From an uncultured Acidobacteriota bacterium (GTDB lineage: Bacteria > Acidobacteriota > JAQAZP01): a stretch of 64,000 nt of DNA. Shown piece after piece: positions 1 through 8,355 of the stretch. The notes below the pieces were generated by a model, which was given only the letters and a program-made list of their open reading frames with translations, had not been told where the DNA came from and ran no database searches. Where the stretch lies: assembly GCA_963836075.1 (NCBI GenBank), contig CAWIIB010000009.1:736001-800000 (forward strand), in the 5' to 3' direction. Every line of letters begins with the position of its first letter. Position 1 is the first letter of the stretch. The translations under genes and the position numbers were made by a program.

Positions 1-1
1 C

Positions 2-184
2 CCACCACTCGTGTACCACCAGGATGCCGGGCCGCTTGCCCGCGACGGCATCATCGAAGGCCAGGTAGCCCTTCATCTCCACACCGCCCGCACTGTAGGT
101 CACCTCGCTTCCGGTGACCGCTGCTGCCGCCGAAAACGGCAGACAGCACAACAACAGCAGGCTGATAATGAACGTCTGTTTCAT
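2..184 (-). CDS. Dienelactone hydrolase family protein, 5' part (runs off window start)
   Basis: Manual translation MKQTFIISLLLLCCLPFSAAAAVTGSEVTYSAGGVEMKGYLAFDDAVAGKRPGILVVHEWW: signal peptide plus the typical 'PG(I/V)LVVHEWWG' DLH motif; not in ORF track. Confidence 0.85.
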   Translation of the reverse strand, partial: MKQTFIISLLLLCCLPFSAAAAVTGSEVTYSAGGVEMKGYLAFDDAVAGKRPGILVVHEWW

Positions 185-294
185 AGTTTGATCCTTTTTG
201 ATCCAATTGGCGATCTTACTGGCCGCTGCATCCGCCAGCGACACCTGTCTCGCAAACCCGCGATCCCGGGGAAGACGATTGATTTGTTTTTCCT

Positions 295-346
295 GATAGA
301 TAAGAATAGTCTATCTTTCATACTGGAATCAAGAACTGATTCCAGT
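295..346. promoter_or_regulatory. Two adjacent inverted repeats, candidate metal-responsive repressor operator
   Basis: GATAGA-N9-TCTATC (295-315) and ACTGGAATC-N7-GATTCCAGT (322-346) in AT-rich DNA just upstream of the metal-uptake operon. Confidence 0.5.
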
Positions 347-387
347 TATGCTCATTCATTCGCACGGAGTCACCCTTTTCATCTCTG

Positions 388-1687
388 ATGAGGAAGAAAA
401 TGATACGGTCTGTGTTTACCGTCCTCATGGTGTGCATCCTTGCCACCGCCGGCGCCTACGGCCAGGAAACGGAGCCGACCCTGGAGGAGATTCAGCAGCA
501 GATCAGGGAACTGCAGGAACAGATGCGGGAGATGATGGAGCTGTACCAGGGGCGGATCGAAGTGCTCGAGGACCAGATCCGGCAGCTTGAAGAGCGCCAG
601 CAGGAGGCGGAGGAGGACGAGGGGGAAGACGATGTATACCCGGACGTCCCCGAGGGCGCGGTCCCGCCGGCCCCGTCGGCTCCGCGCTCGGTGTCCCTGA
701 TGAACCCCGCCATCTCCGTGATACCCGACTTCACCTATTCGGCGGGGAACGACCCGTACCTGGGAGGAGGGGGATCCCTTCCAGCTCCGCGAGGTGGAGG
801 TGGCCTTCAGCGCGTCCATCGACCCCATCGCCAGCGCCAGCGTCTACCTCGCCCTGGAGGACGGCGAACTGGACGCCGAAGAGGCCTTCGCCGTCTTCCC
901 CGGCGTGCCCGGGGGCTTCTCGGTGAAGCTGGGCAAGTTCAAGATGGATTTCGGCAAGCAGAACAGTCTGCACACCCACTCCTGGTTCCAGGCCGATCAG
1001 CCGCTGGCCCTGCGGACCATGCTCGGTGAGGAAGGCCTGGCCGACGTGGGGTTGAGCGTAAACCGCCTGATCCCCACCCCCTGGTTCAGCGACGTCACTC
1101 TCGAGGTGGCCGGCGCCACCAACGAGGAACTCTTTGCCGGCGAACGGTCGGACCTCTCGTATCTCGGGGCCTGGCGCAGCTACTGGGACCTTTCGGACAA
1201 TGCCAATCTCGAGGCCCAGCTCTCGCTGATCACTGGCGGCAACGCCATGGGGAACAGCACCAGCCTGGGCAACGTGGCGGTGACCTACCGCTACAAGCCG
1301 CTCTCTTCGGGCACCCGTGCTTCGTTCCTCTGGCGCACGGAAATAATTCTCGAGCGCTACGAGGGGGCCGACGCTCCGGAGGGCCTGATCGACAGCCGGT
1401 TCGAGGGGGTGATCGGTCTCCAGCGCTCCACCGGGGCGTTCTCCTATGTGGACTGGCAGTTCACCCGCGGCTGGTTTGTCGGGGCCCGGGCCGACTACGC
1501 CGAGCACCCTTGGGAGCCGGCAAAATACGATGCCGGCGGCGCACTCACACTGACCTGGTTCCCCTCCGAGTTCCAGAAGCTGAGGCTGCAGGCCGAGCGG
1601 ATCGACTATGATGATGTGGGTCCACGCAACGCGCTGATCTTCAACTACATCTTTGCCATCGGGGCGCATGGGGCGCACCCGTTCTAG
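388..1687 (+). CDS. Outer-membrane porin-like protein associated with the metal ABC transporter (one +1 frameshift near 760-772)
   Basis: Signal peptide and coiled coil (ORF 388-1029) join the beta-strand-rich ORF 794-1687, which ends GAHGAHPF (His-rich, terminal Phe); removing one base near 760 restores ...DPFQLREVEVAF. Confidence 0.7.
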
Positions 1688-1712
1688 CCGAGGCGGAAAC
1701 GAGGAGCCGACC

Positions 1713-2624
1713 ATGAAACGACTGCTGTTGACCATTCTCATCGCCTGCTGGTTCTGCCTGCCCGCCGCGGCCGCGGACCAGTTGAAGGTGGTGGCGGTCT
1801 ACCCCGATTTCGGCTGGCTGGCCGAGCAGGTGGGGGGCGATCACGTCTCGGTCTCGGTGCTGGCCAAGGGGAGCCAGGACCCGCACTACGTGGACCCCAA
1901 GCCGTCTTTCCTCAGATTCCTCCACCGGGCCGACATCCTGCTGCTCAACGGGCTGGAGCTGGAAGCGGGCTTTCTCCCGCCCCTGCTGCGCCAGTCGGGC
2001 AACCGCAGGATCCAGCCCGGCACGTCGGGGTATGTGGACTGCTCGACCTTCATCGAGCCCATCGGGGTGCCCACCGGCGGCGTGGACCGCTCCATGGGCG
2101 ACGTCCACGCCCACGGCAACCCGCACTACCACCTCGACCCGGTGAACATGGCCGCCGTGGCCCGCGGCCTCGGCGATGTCCTTGCGTCGTCCGACCCGGA
2201 GCACACCGAGGCCTACCGGCACAACGCCGAGGAGACGGCCCACACCCTGGCCGCCCTGGACGCCGAGCTGCACCACGTGTTGGGTGTCGCCCGCACCAAA
2301 CCGGTGGTGACCTACCACGCCACGCTGGACTACTTCTTCCTCCACTTCGGTTTCACGGTGCTCGGCTATGTGGAACCCAAACCGGGGGTCAAGCCGTCAC
2401 CAGGCCATCTGCTGAGCCTGGAGAAGTCGATGAGGAACAAGGGCGTGCGGATCCTGATCTGCGAGGTCTACCAGGACCGCAAGATCGCGGCCAAGGTAGC
2501 GGGGGACACCGGGGCAAAGCTGGTGGTGATCCCCTCGTACACCGGCGGAACGCCCGAGGCATCCACCTACCCTGAGCTGATGCGCATCATCGCCCGCTCC
2601 ATCGCGGAGGGCACTGTTGAGTGA
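1713..2624 (+). CDS. Metal (Zn/Mn/Co/Ni) ABC transporter substrate-binding protein, ZnuA/TroA family
   Basis: Signal peptide; QDPH, NGLELE, DVHAHGNPHYHLDP and YH motifs; GGAG RBS before ATG 1713. Confidence 0.9.
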   Translation: MKRLLLTILIACWFCLPAAAADQLKVVAVYPDFGWLAEQVGGDHVSVSVLAKGSQDPHYVDPKPSFLRFLHRADILLLNGLELEAGFLPPLLRQSGNRRIQPGTSGYVDCSTFIEPIGVPTGGVDRSMGDVHAHGNPHYHLDPVNMAAVARGLGDVLASSDPEHTEAYRHNAEETAHTLAALDAELHHVLGVARTKPVVTYHATLDYFFLHFGFTVLGYVEPKPGVKPSPGHLLSLEKSMRNKGVRILICEVYQDRKIAAKVAGDTGAKLVVIPSYTGGTPEASTYPELMRIIARSIAEGTVE

Positions 2625-3363
2625 TCAACTGTTCCGGCTGGAGGGCGTGGCCATCGGCTACCGCCGGCCGTTGATCGGGTCGCTTTCCCTGGGCATCGCC
2701 CGGGGTGAGTTCTGGGGGATTTTCGGGCCCAACGGTGCGGGCAAAACCACATTCATCAAAGTCCTGCTCGGCGCGCTGAAACCGCTGGCCGGCACGGTCC
2801 GCCGGGCGCCGGGCCTGCGGCTGGGCTACGTGCCGCAGCTCAACTCGGTGCGTGACTCACTGCCCCTGACCGTGCGCCAGGTTATCGAGCTGGGGGCACT
2901 GGACCTCAAGGACTCACCGGCTCCCACGGAAACCCTGGAGCGGGTCAACCTGGCCCACATGGAAAAAGAGCGCTTCTCCGACCTCTCCGGCGGCCAGCGC
3001 CAGCGGGTGATGATCGCCCGGGCCCTGCACCGCCGCCCCGACGTGCTGATCCTCGACGAACCGACCAACGGCGTGGACATCCCCACCCGCCACACGGTGA
3101 CCGGCCTGATGGCGAGGCTGCACGAAGAGGGGGTGACGCTGCTGCTGATCACCCACCTGCTGGCCGAGATCGGGCCCGAGGTGAGCCACTTTTTCTGGCT
3201 CGACGGGCACCGGGACCTCTGCCTCGCCGGGCCGCGGGATGAAATCCTCAAAAGCCCGAAGCTTGAAGAAGCGTATGGCGCGGGCCTGCGTATTGTCAGC
3301 ATCGACGGCAAGCCGTCTTTGACCTGGGCCGGCAACGGACAGGGCAACGGGGAGGTGCAGTGA
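2617..3363 (+). CDS. Metal ABC transporter ATP-binding protein
   Basis: GPNGAGKT Walker A, LSGGQ signature, ILDEPT Walker B. Confidence 0.92.
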   Translation: MSDQLFRLEGVAIGYRRPLIGSLSLGIARGEFWGIFGPNGAGKTTFIKVLLGALKPLAGTVRRAPGLRLGYVPQLNSVRDSLPLTVRQVIELGALDLKDSPAPTETLERVNLAHMEKERFSDLSGGQRQRVMIARALHRRPDVLILDEPTNGVDIPTRHTVTGLMARLHEEGVTLLLITHLLAEIGPEVSHFFWLDGHRDLCLAGPRDEILKSPKLEEAYGAGLRIVSIDGKPSLTWAGNGQGNGEVQ

Positions 3364-4178
3364 TGGGCGGCGAATTCCTCGAGACCCTGACCTTCGTCAA
3401 ATGGCCGCTGCTGGTGGCCGTTCTCTCCTCGCTCCCCCTGAGCTATTACGGGGTCTACCTGGTGGAGCGGCGGATGGTCTTCGTCAGCGTCACCCTGGCC
3501 CAGGCCGCCGTCTGCGGCGCCGCGGCCGCCTTCTTCTTCACCTTCGAACCGCGTATCGGCGCGCTGGCCTTCGTGGCGGTGGTGATCGCCCTGCTGGCCG
3601 GGTGGCACCGCGCCGGCCGCGGTTCGCTGCCCGAGGACACGGTGCTGGGTATCTTCTACGTGATCCTCGGCGGGCTGGCCGTGGTCTTCCTCAGCAAGAC
3701 CGTCCAGGGCGGGCTGGACGAGACCACACTGCTCTTCGGTTCGCTGCTCGGGGTGACACCCGCGGACGCGGGATTGCTGGGCGGGGTGGTGGCCCTGCTG
3801 GCGGCGATTCACATCTGGGGCTACCGGCGATTCCTGGCCGTCACCTTCGACCCCGAGACCTCGGCGGTGCTGGGGATGCCGGTGAGCGGTATCGAACTGA
3901 TCTTCTTCGCCGGCCTGGGGCTGGTGCTCTCGGTGGCCATCGCCCAGATCGGCGTGCTGCTTTCCTTCGCCTACCTCGTGCTGCCTGCCGCCGCGGCACG
4001 CAGTTTCGGCAGCCGCACCCGGTCGGTCTTCCTGCTGGCCGTGGTCATCGCCATTGCCGGCAGCGTGGCCGGCACCCTGGCCTCGATCCGCTGGGACCTG
4101 CCCACCGGCGCCGCCATCTGTCTGGCCCTGGCCCTGCCCCTGCCCGTGGCTGAGATCTGGCGGCACCGCAGGACGTGA
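3360..4178 (+). CDS. Metal ABC transporter permease (ABC-3/ZnuB family)
   Basis: Multiple TM helices; TFDPETS.VLG and IGVLLSFAYLVLPAAAAR motifs; overlaps ATPase stop. Confidence 0.9.
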   Translation: MMGGEFLETLTFVKWPLLVAVLSSLPLSYYGVYLVERRMVFVSVTLAQAAVCGAAAAFFFTFEPRIGALAFVAVVIALLAGWHRAGRGSLPEDTVLGIFYVILGGLAVVFLSKTVQGGLDETTLLFGSLLGVTPADAGLLGGVVALLAAIHIWGYRRFLAVTFDPETSAVLGMPVSGIELIFFAGLGLVLSVAIAQIGVLLSFAYLVLPAAAARSFGSRTRSVFLLAVVIAIAGSVAGTLASIRWDLPTGAAICLALALPLPVAEIWRHRRT

Positions 4179-4188
4179 AGTGAGCGGC

Positions 4189-4575
4189 TTATCCCTCCTT
4201 TTTCACCGCCCCCCAGGCCCAGATGAAGAGCACCATGAAGACCAGGTCGCAGATGGCGAAGGGCTTCCACATCCAGGGGATGCCGGCAGTGAACCAGTGG
4301 TAAAAGGCAACTGAGCAGTAGGCGATCTTGAGCAGGATGCCGTAAGGGATCAGGTTGCGGTGCTTCACCGGGTCCCGGGCGATGGCCAGAAACATCAGAC
4401 CGAAGATGATGAGCAGGGCGGCGGGGAAATGAACATAGCCGTAATGGTTCGGCGGGGTGACCTCGAACCAGTGGAAGACCATCGGCGCGGCAAAGAGAAA
4501 AAATATCCCCAGCAGCCCGTCGTAGAGGGCGGACAGACCAAAAACAACTGAGACCATGGCTTTCCTGTTCATCAT
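4189..4575 (-). CDS. Small four-helix membrane protein, unknown function
   Basis: Hydrophobic ORF from MMNRKAM with GGAG RBS. Confidence 0.7.
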   Translation of the reverse strand: MMNRKAMVSVVFGLSALYDGLLGIFFLFAAPMVFHWFEVTPPNHYGYVHFPAALLIIFGLMFLAIARDPVKHRNLIPYGILLKIAYCSVAFYHWFTAGIPWMWKPFAICDLVFMVLFIWAWGAVKKEG

Positions 4576-4668
4576 GATTCTCCCTGCCTGAACGGCCGGA
4601 GGAAACACGCCGCCCCGGCCTCCCGGACCGGAGGAAACCAGCCGCTTCATTCCGTTGAGCAGACCGGA

Positions 4669-4818
4669 CTACGACCTGGTGGACTTGCGGCGGTCCTTAC
4701 CCGTCCTGCGGTCGTTGCCGTTGCGTCTCTCGGGCCCCTTGTAGTTCGCGTCCTCTTTCACCCGGCGGTCCTTGCCCGTCCGACGATCCTTGCCCGACCG
4801 TGTGCTCTTTGTCCCCAT
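4669..4818 (-). CDS. 49-aa Arg/Lys-rich microprotein with DRR repeats and a YxGPERR motif
   Basis: Manual translation MGTKSTRSGKDRRTGKDRRVKEDANYKGPERRNGNDRRTGKDRRKSTRS*; AAGGGG RBS upstream; below the ORF-track size cutoff. Confidence 0.7.
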   Translation of the reverse strand: MGTKSTRSGKDRRTGKDRRVKEDANYKGPERRNGNDRRTGKDRRKSTRS

Positions 4819-5072
4819 CGCATCCCCTTCCACTGATGTTGGTCGGTCCTCTCGCGCAGCAAAGGCGAGCTGCGCGCCCGGTACCGCAAGCTGTAATACC
4901 GATGTGCCTGGTCACGGCTCCGTCCGTCGTCGGTCCGAGGGGAGAGACAACGGTCCCTCGGGCCGCTCGCAGTCCACCGGCTCTTCAGTTCAGTGAATAT
5001 GCTTCTTGATGAACGTTTCCGAGATCCTGCTTTTCAGTATCATAGATGGAAATGCCCCGTTGGGCAAGAGGT

Positions 5073-6397
5073 TTATGCCCGGCTCTGTCTCCTGCTCCGG
5101 CGCAGGTTCTCGCGGAAGGTGCGTCGCCGCCACGCCGTGAATTCCTCGCTGTACAGCTCGACGCCCAGGGCGAGGAAGCGGTCGTGCAGCTGGTCCACGG
5201 TCATCTGTGCCGGCCTGAAGTTGATGTCGAAGAGCGAGCACTTCTTCCAGTTCCGTGGTTCGAGGAGCCGTCCCTCTTTTTCCAGCCGGTCGTACAGCGG
5301 CGTGCCGGGGAAGGGGGTGAGGATGGTGATCTGCACCTCGTAGAGACCGGTCTCCTTGACAAAGGCCAGCACCTGGTCGAAGACATCCGGGGTGTGCCCG
5401 TCGAGGCCGATGACGAAACAGCCGTTGACCGTGATGCCGTGGGACTGGATGGTGCGGATCGCCTCCCTGTAGCGCGGGAAGCGCTTCAGCTTCCAGTCGT
5501 TGCGCAGCTCCAGCCGGTGCAACCCGCTCTCCACCGGGCTCTCCAGGCCGATCAGCACCTGGGCGCAGCCGGTCTCCCGCATCAGGCCCAGCAGCTCCTC
5601 GTCCTCGGCCACCGAGAGGTCGGTCTCGGTGAACCAGCGGAACCTGCGCCCCTTGAGCGCGCCGAGCAGCTCCTTCCAGTAGCCGTGGTTGACGAAGCTG
5701 TTGTCGTCGGCAAACTCGATGAAGGGGTGGTCCCAGATCTCGAGGATGCGGTCGATCTCGGCCACCACCTTGGCCACCGGCTTCTGCTTGTAGCGGTCGG
5801 TGAGGATCACCGAGCTGGCGCAGAACTCGCACTTGTGGGGGCAGCCCCGGCTGGTCTGCACGGTGAGGCGGTTGTACCGGGAGATGTCGAGCAGGTCGAA
5901 GCGGGGCATGGGGGCATCGTCCAGGTTGAAGCCGCTCTGCCGCGACCCGTAGCGCGGCTTGAGACCCGGGCCCTCGGCATCGGCAAGCAGTTGAGGCCAG
6001 CAATCGCTCCCCCTCGCCGACGACCACCGCGTCGCAGTGCTCCAGCCGCCTCGTCGGGCACGGCGGTGACATGGGGCCCGCCGATCACCACCGGGATGCC
6101 CAGGCGCCGGTAGCGCCCGGCCAGCTCGTAGGCCTCGTCGATCTGCGCCGAGTAGCTGGAGATGCCCACCAGGTCGAAACCGACCGGTGCACCATCCCCC
6201 ACGGGCAGGTCGGGCATCTCGATGTAGGCGACCTCGTGCTGCTCGGGCGTCATCCCGGCCAGGGTGAGCAGGCCGAGGCTGGGCAGGGCGGCGATGGTCT
6301 TGCTCCGTTCCACGAACCCCGGCAGGGTGAGGCCGAGCTCGAGCAGCTCGGTGTCACAGACCCGGATGCCGCTCATGGCGATGAGGCCGATTCTCAT
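5073..6397 (-). CDS. B12-binding radical SAM protein (indels at about 5940-6050)
   Basis: N-terminal B12-binding part (PSLGLLTLA...VVIGGPH, VVVGEGE) and CxxxCxxC (CPHKCEFC), FADDN and PFPGTPLY motifs split across three frames. Confidence 0.85.
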
Positions 6398-6768
6398 CGG
6401 CTGATCTCCCGGAGGAAGAGAGCAAGAGCAATGGTCACGGAACCGGCGGGGATGAAGAAGATGTGCCTGAAGAAGGGCTTCCAAGCGCTGAGGTAGCAGA
6501 CCAGCGGCATGGTGACCGCACCCACCAGCAGCAGGATCGAGGGCAGGGCCAGTCCGGAATCAAGTTCCAGCAGACGGCAGGTGATCCAGAAAGCGAGGTT
6601 CAGGGCGCCGATGCCAAAGAAGGAGATGTGGCCCAGGCGGATCAACCGCCGCCGCCAGCAGCCGTATCCCCCCAGCCACTGCTCGCCGTGGAAGAAGAGA
6701 CCGGGCGCGGCGCCGGCCAGGGCGCCGAGCAGGAAACAGGTCCAGGCTGTGTAGAGGTTCAGGGGCAT
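6394..6768 (-). CDS. Small membrane protein, unknown function
   Basis: 124 aa, about four TM segments, RRRLIRLGH motif; overlaps start of radical SAM gene. Confidence 0.75.
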   Translation of the reverse strand: MPLNLYTAWTCFLLGALAGAAPGLFFHGEQWLGGYGCWRRRLIRLGHISFFGIGALNLAFWITCRLLELDSGLALPSILLLVGAVTMPLVCYLSAWKPFFRHIFFIPAGSVTIALALFLREISR

Positions 6769-6777
6769 GGCGCTCCT

Positions 6778-7569
6778 CTACAAAGGATTCGAATTGCCTG
6801 CCGCCGGGAGCCGCGCTTCCATGGTGCAGGTCTGGATCGGCTCGGCCTCGCTTCCACAGTATATCTTGACTGTGAAGGTGCCGGCCGTGGAGAAGCGGAG
6901 CGGCACCACCACCTGGAAATCGTCGGGGACAACGGTCTGCTGCGAAGTGAGCTCGGTGCCCCGGCCGTCGGACACCACACAACGGACCACTTCACCGACA
7001 TTGTGCTCGAGGAAATCGATCTGGACGGACAGCGGAACCACTTCACCGGCTCGCACCTCGAACGGCTCTTCCCGAACCGTGGCGGATCGTCCGACTTCCT
7101 GGTTCAGGAATATTCCATCGCCCATCTGAAGAATGGCCGCCGGCATCTCCTGCTCGCCGGGATGCATCCCGCCCCGGAAAACGAAGAGGCAAAGCAGGAG
7201 GGCCGTGACCCCCAGCGGCACGAAGAGCGGTGTCTTCACCGACCAGAGCCACGCGATTCGGTCGAGGATCCCCGGCCGGCGCCGCGTATGGTTCTCCAGC
7301 CCGAGTTTGGCGGCCACTCGCCCCCTCTCCCGGTCCCGGCGTTCAGCGAATGACGGATCGCTGATCGTGGAGGTCTCGGATTCCCGCAGAACCGCCATCA
7401 GATCCACGCACCGGGCGCAACTGTTGATATGGAACTCCACCTCCAGGGCCTGGTCTTCATCCAGGTTCCGGTCGAGGTAGCCGGAAATCTGCTCGGCCGG
7501 GGGACATGAACCAAGATCATCCAGCACCTGGTCGATGTCACGAAGAAGTTCATCACTCGACTTGTTCAT
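6778..7569 (-). CDS. Membrane-anchored zinc anti-sigma factor (zf-HC2/ZAS)
   Basis: C...HxxxCxxC (HINSCARC), one TM helix, extracytoplasmic beta-rich domain; directly downstream of ECF sigma gene. Confidence 0.8.
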   Translation of the reverse strand: MNKSSDELLRDIDQVLDDLGSCPPAEQISGYLDRNLDEDQALEVEFHINSCARCVDLMAVLRESETSTISDPSFAERRDRERGRVAAKLGLENHTRRRPGILDRIAWLWSVKTPLFVPLGVTALLLCLFVFRGGMHPGEQEMPAAILQMGDGIFLNQEVGRSATVREEPFEVRAGEVVPLSVQIDFLEHNVGEVVRCVVSDGRGTELTSQQTVVPDDFQVVVPLRFSTAGTFTVKIYCGSEAEPIQTCTMEARLPAAGNSNPL

Positions 7570-7581
7570 TTTCAGTCCCTC

Positions 7582-8136
7582 TCAATCCTTCTTCCGCGAG
7601 AGCAGCGTTTTGATCTCTTTGTTGGTGTAGCCATGTTTTTTGATCAGGATTTTTTCCAGCGCTTTCCGTGATTTCACCAGGCTGTAACGCACCACATTGA
7701 TCTTCAACTGCAGCATGTCGGCGATCTGCTGATCGCTCAACTTGTCGAAATGAGCCAGCCTGAAAATGTTGGCTTCCGCTTCCGGAAGCGGCAGCGTCTT
7801 CTCTCGCGATCGCGCACTGATCAGGTCTTCCTCCTGATGCGCGGCGGAGGAGACCGTCGCCTGGCTGACTTTCTCTATATCCCTGTGTTTCCACTTCGTA
7901 TCCCTCCTGATGTGGTCGATCAGCAGGTTACGGAAGCTGGTATACAGATATCCGGCCGCCTCCGTCCGGTCCATCTCCGGTCGCTCTCTCTCGAGAAGCC
8001 TGGCGAACACCTCCTGAACGATATCCGCGGCCTTGTTCTTCTCGAAGAGCGCATAGAATGCCTTCCGATACAGAGCATCAAAATGCTCGTTATAGAGCCA
8101 CTGTATGGTTTCCTGCCAACTGCTATAACGAGTCAT
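7582..8136 (-). CDS. ECF-family RNA polymerase sigma factor
   Basis: AADIVQEVF, GYLY..FRNLLIDHIRR (region 2), LSDQQIADML (region 4 HTH); start uncertain (8136 or 8232). Confidence 0.88.
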   Translation of the reverse strand: MTRYSSWQETIQWLYNEHFDALYRKAFYALFEKNKAADIVQEVFARLLERERPEMDRTEAAGYLYTSFRNLLIDHIRRDTKWKHRDIEKVSQATVSSAAHQEEDLISARSREKTLPLPEAEANIFRLAHFDKLSDQQIADMLQLKINVVRYSLVKSRKALEKILIKKHGYTNKEIKTLLSRKKD

Positions 8137-8355
8137 GGTCCGATTTTTACAATTTATTTTGAGACCGTCAGATATAACCGTCCGGTGACACTGGACAGCC
8201 GCCTGCTGAGAATTCGAGAAATTATCCCACAATAATAATCCCTGTCCAGTTTGGGAGTCGTAAAAAGATTCCGAAATTTTTCGGCTTCGACGTTATCAGG
8301 GTTCGGAGGACACCCTCCAGATTGTCAACCATCAATCGAGAGGAGCCTGTGAACA

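Noticed and set aside
2826-4166. 446-aa - strand ORF and similar long overlapping ORFs elsewhere
   Set aside because: They overlap well-supported genes on the other strand and have no recognisable motifs
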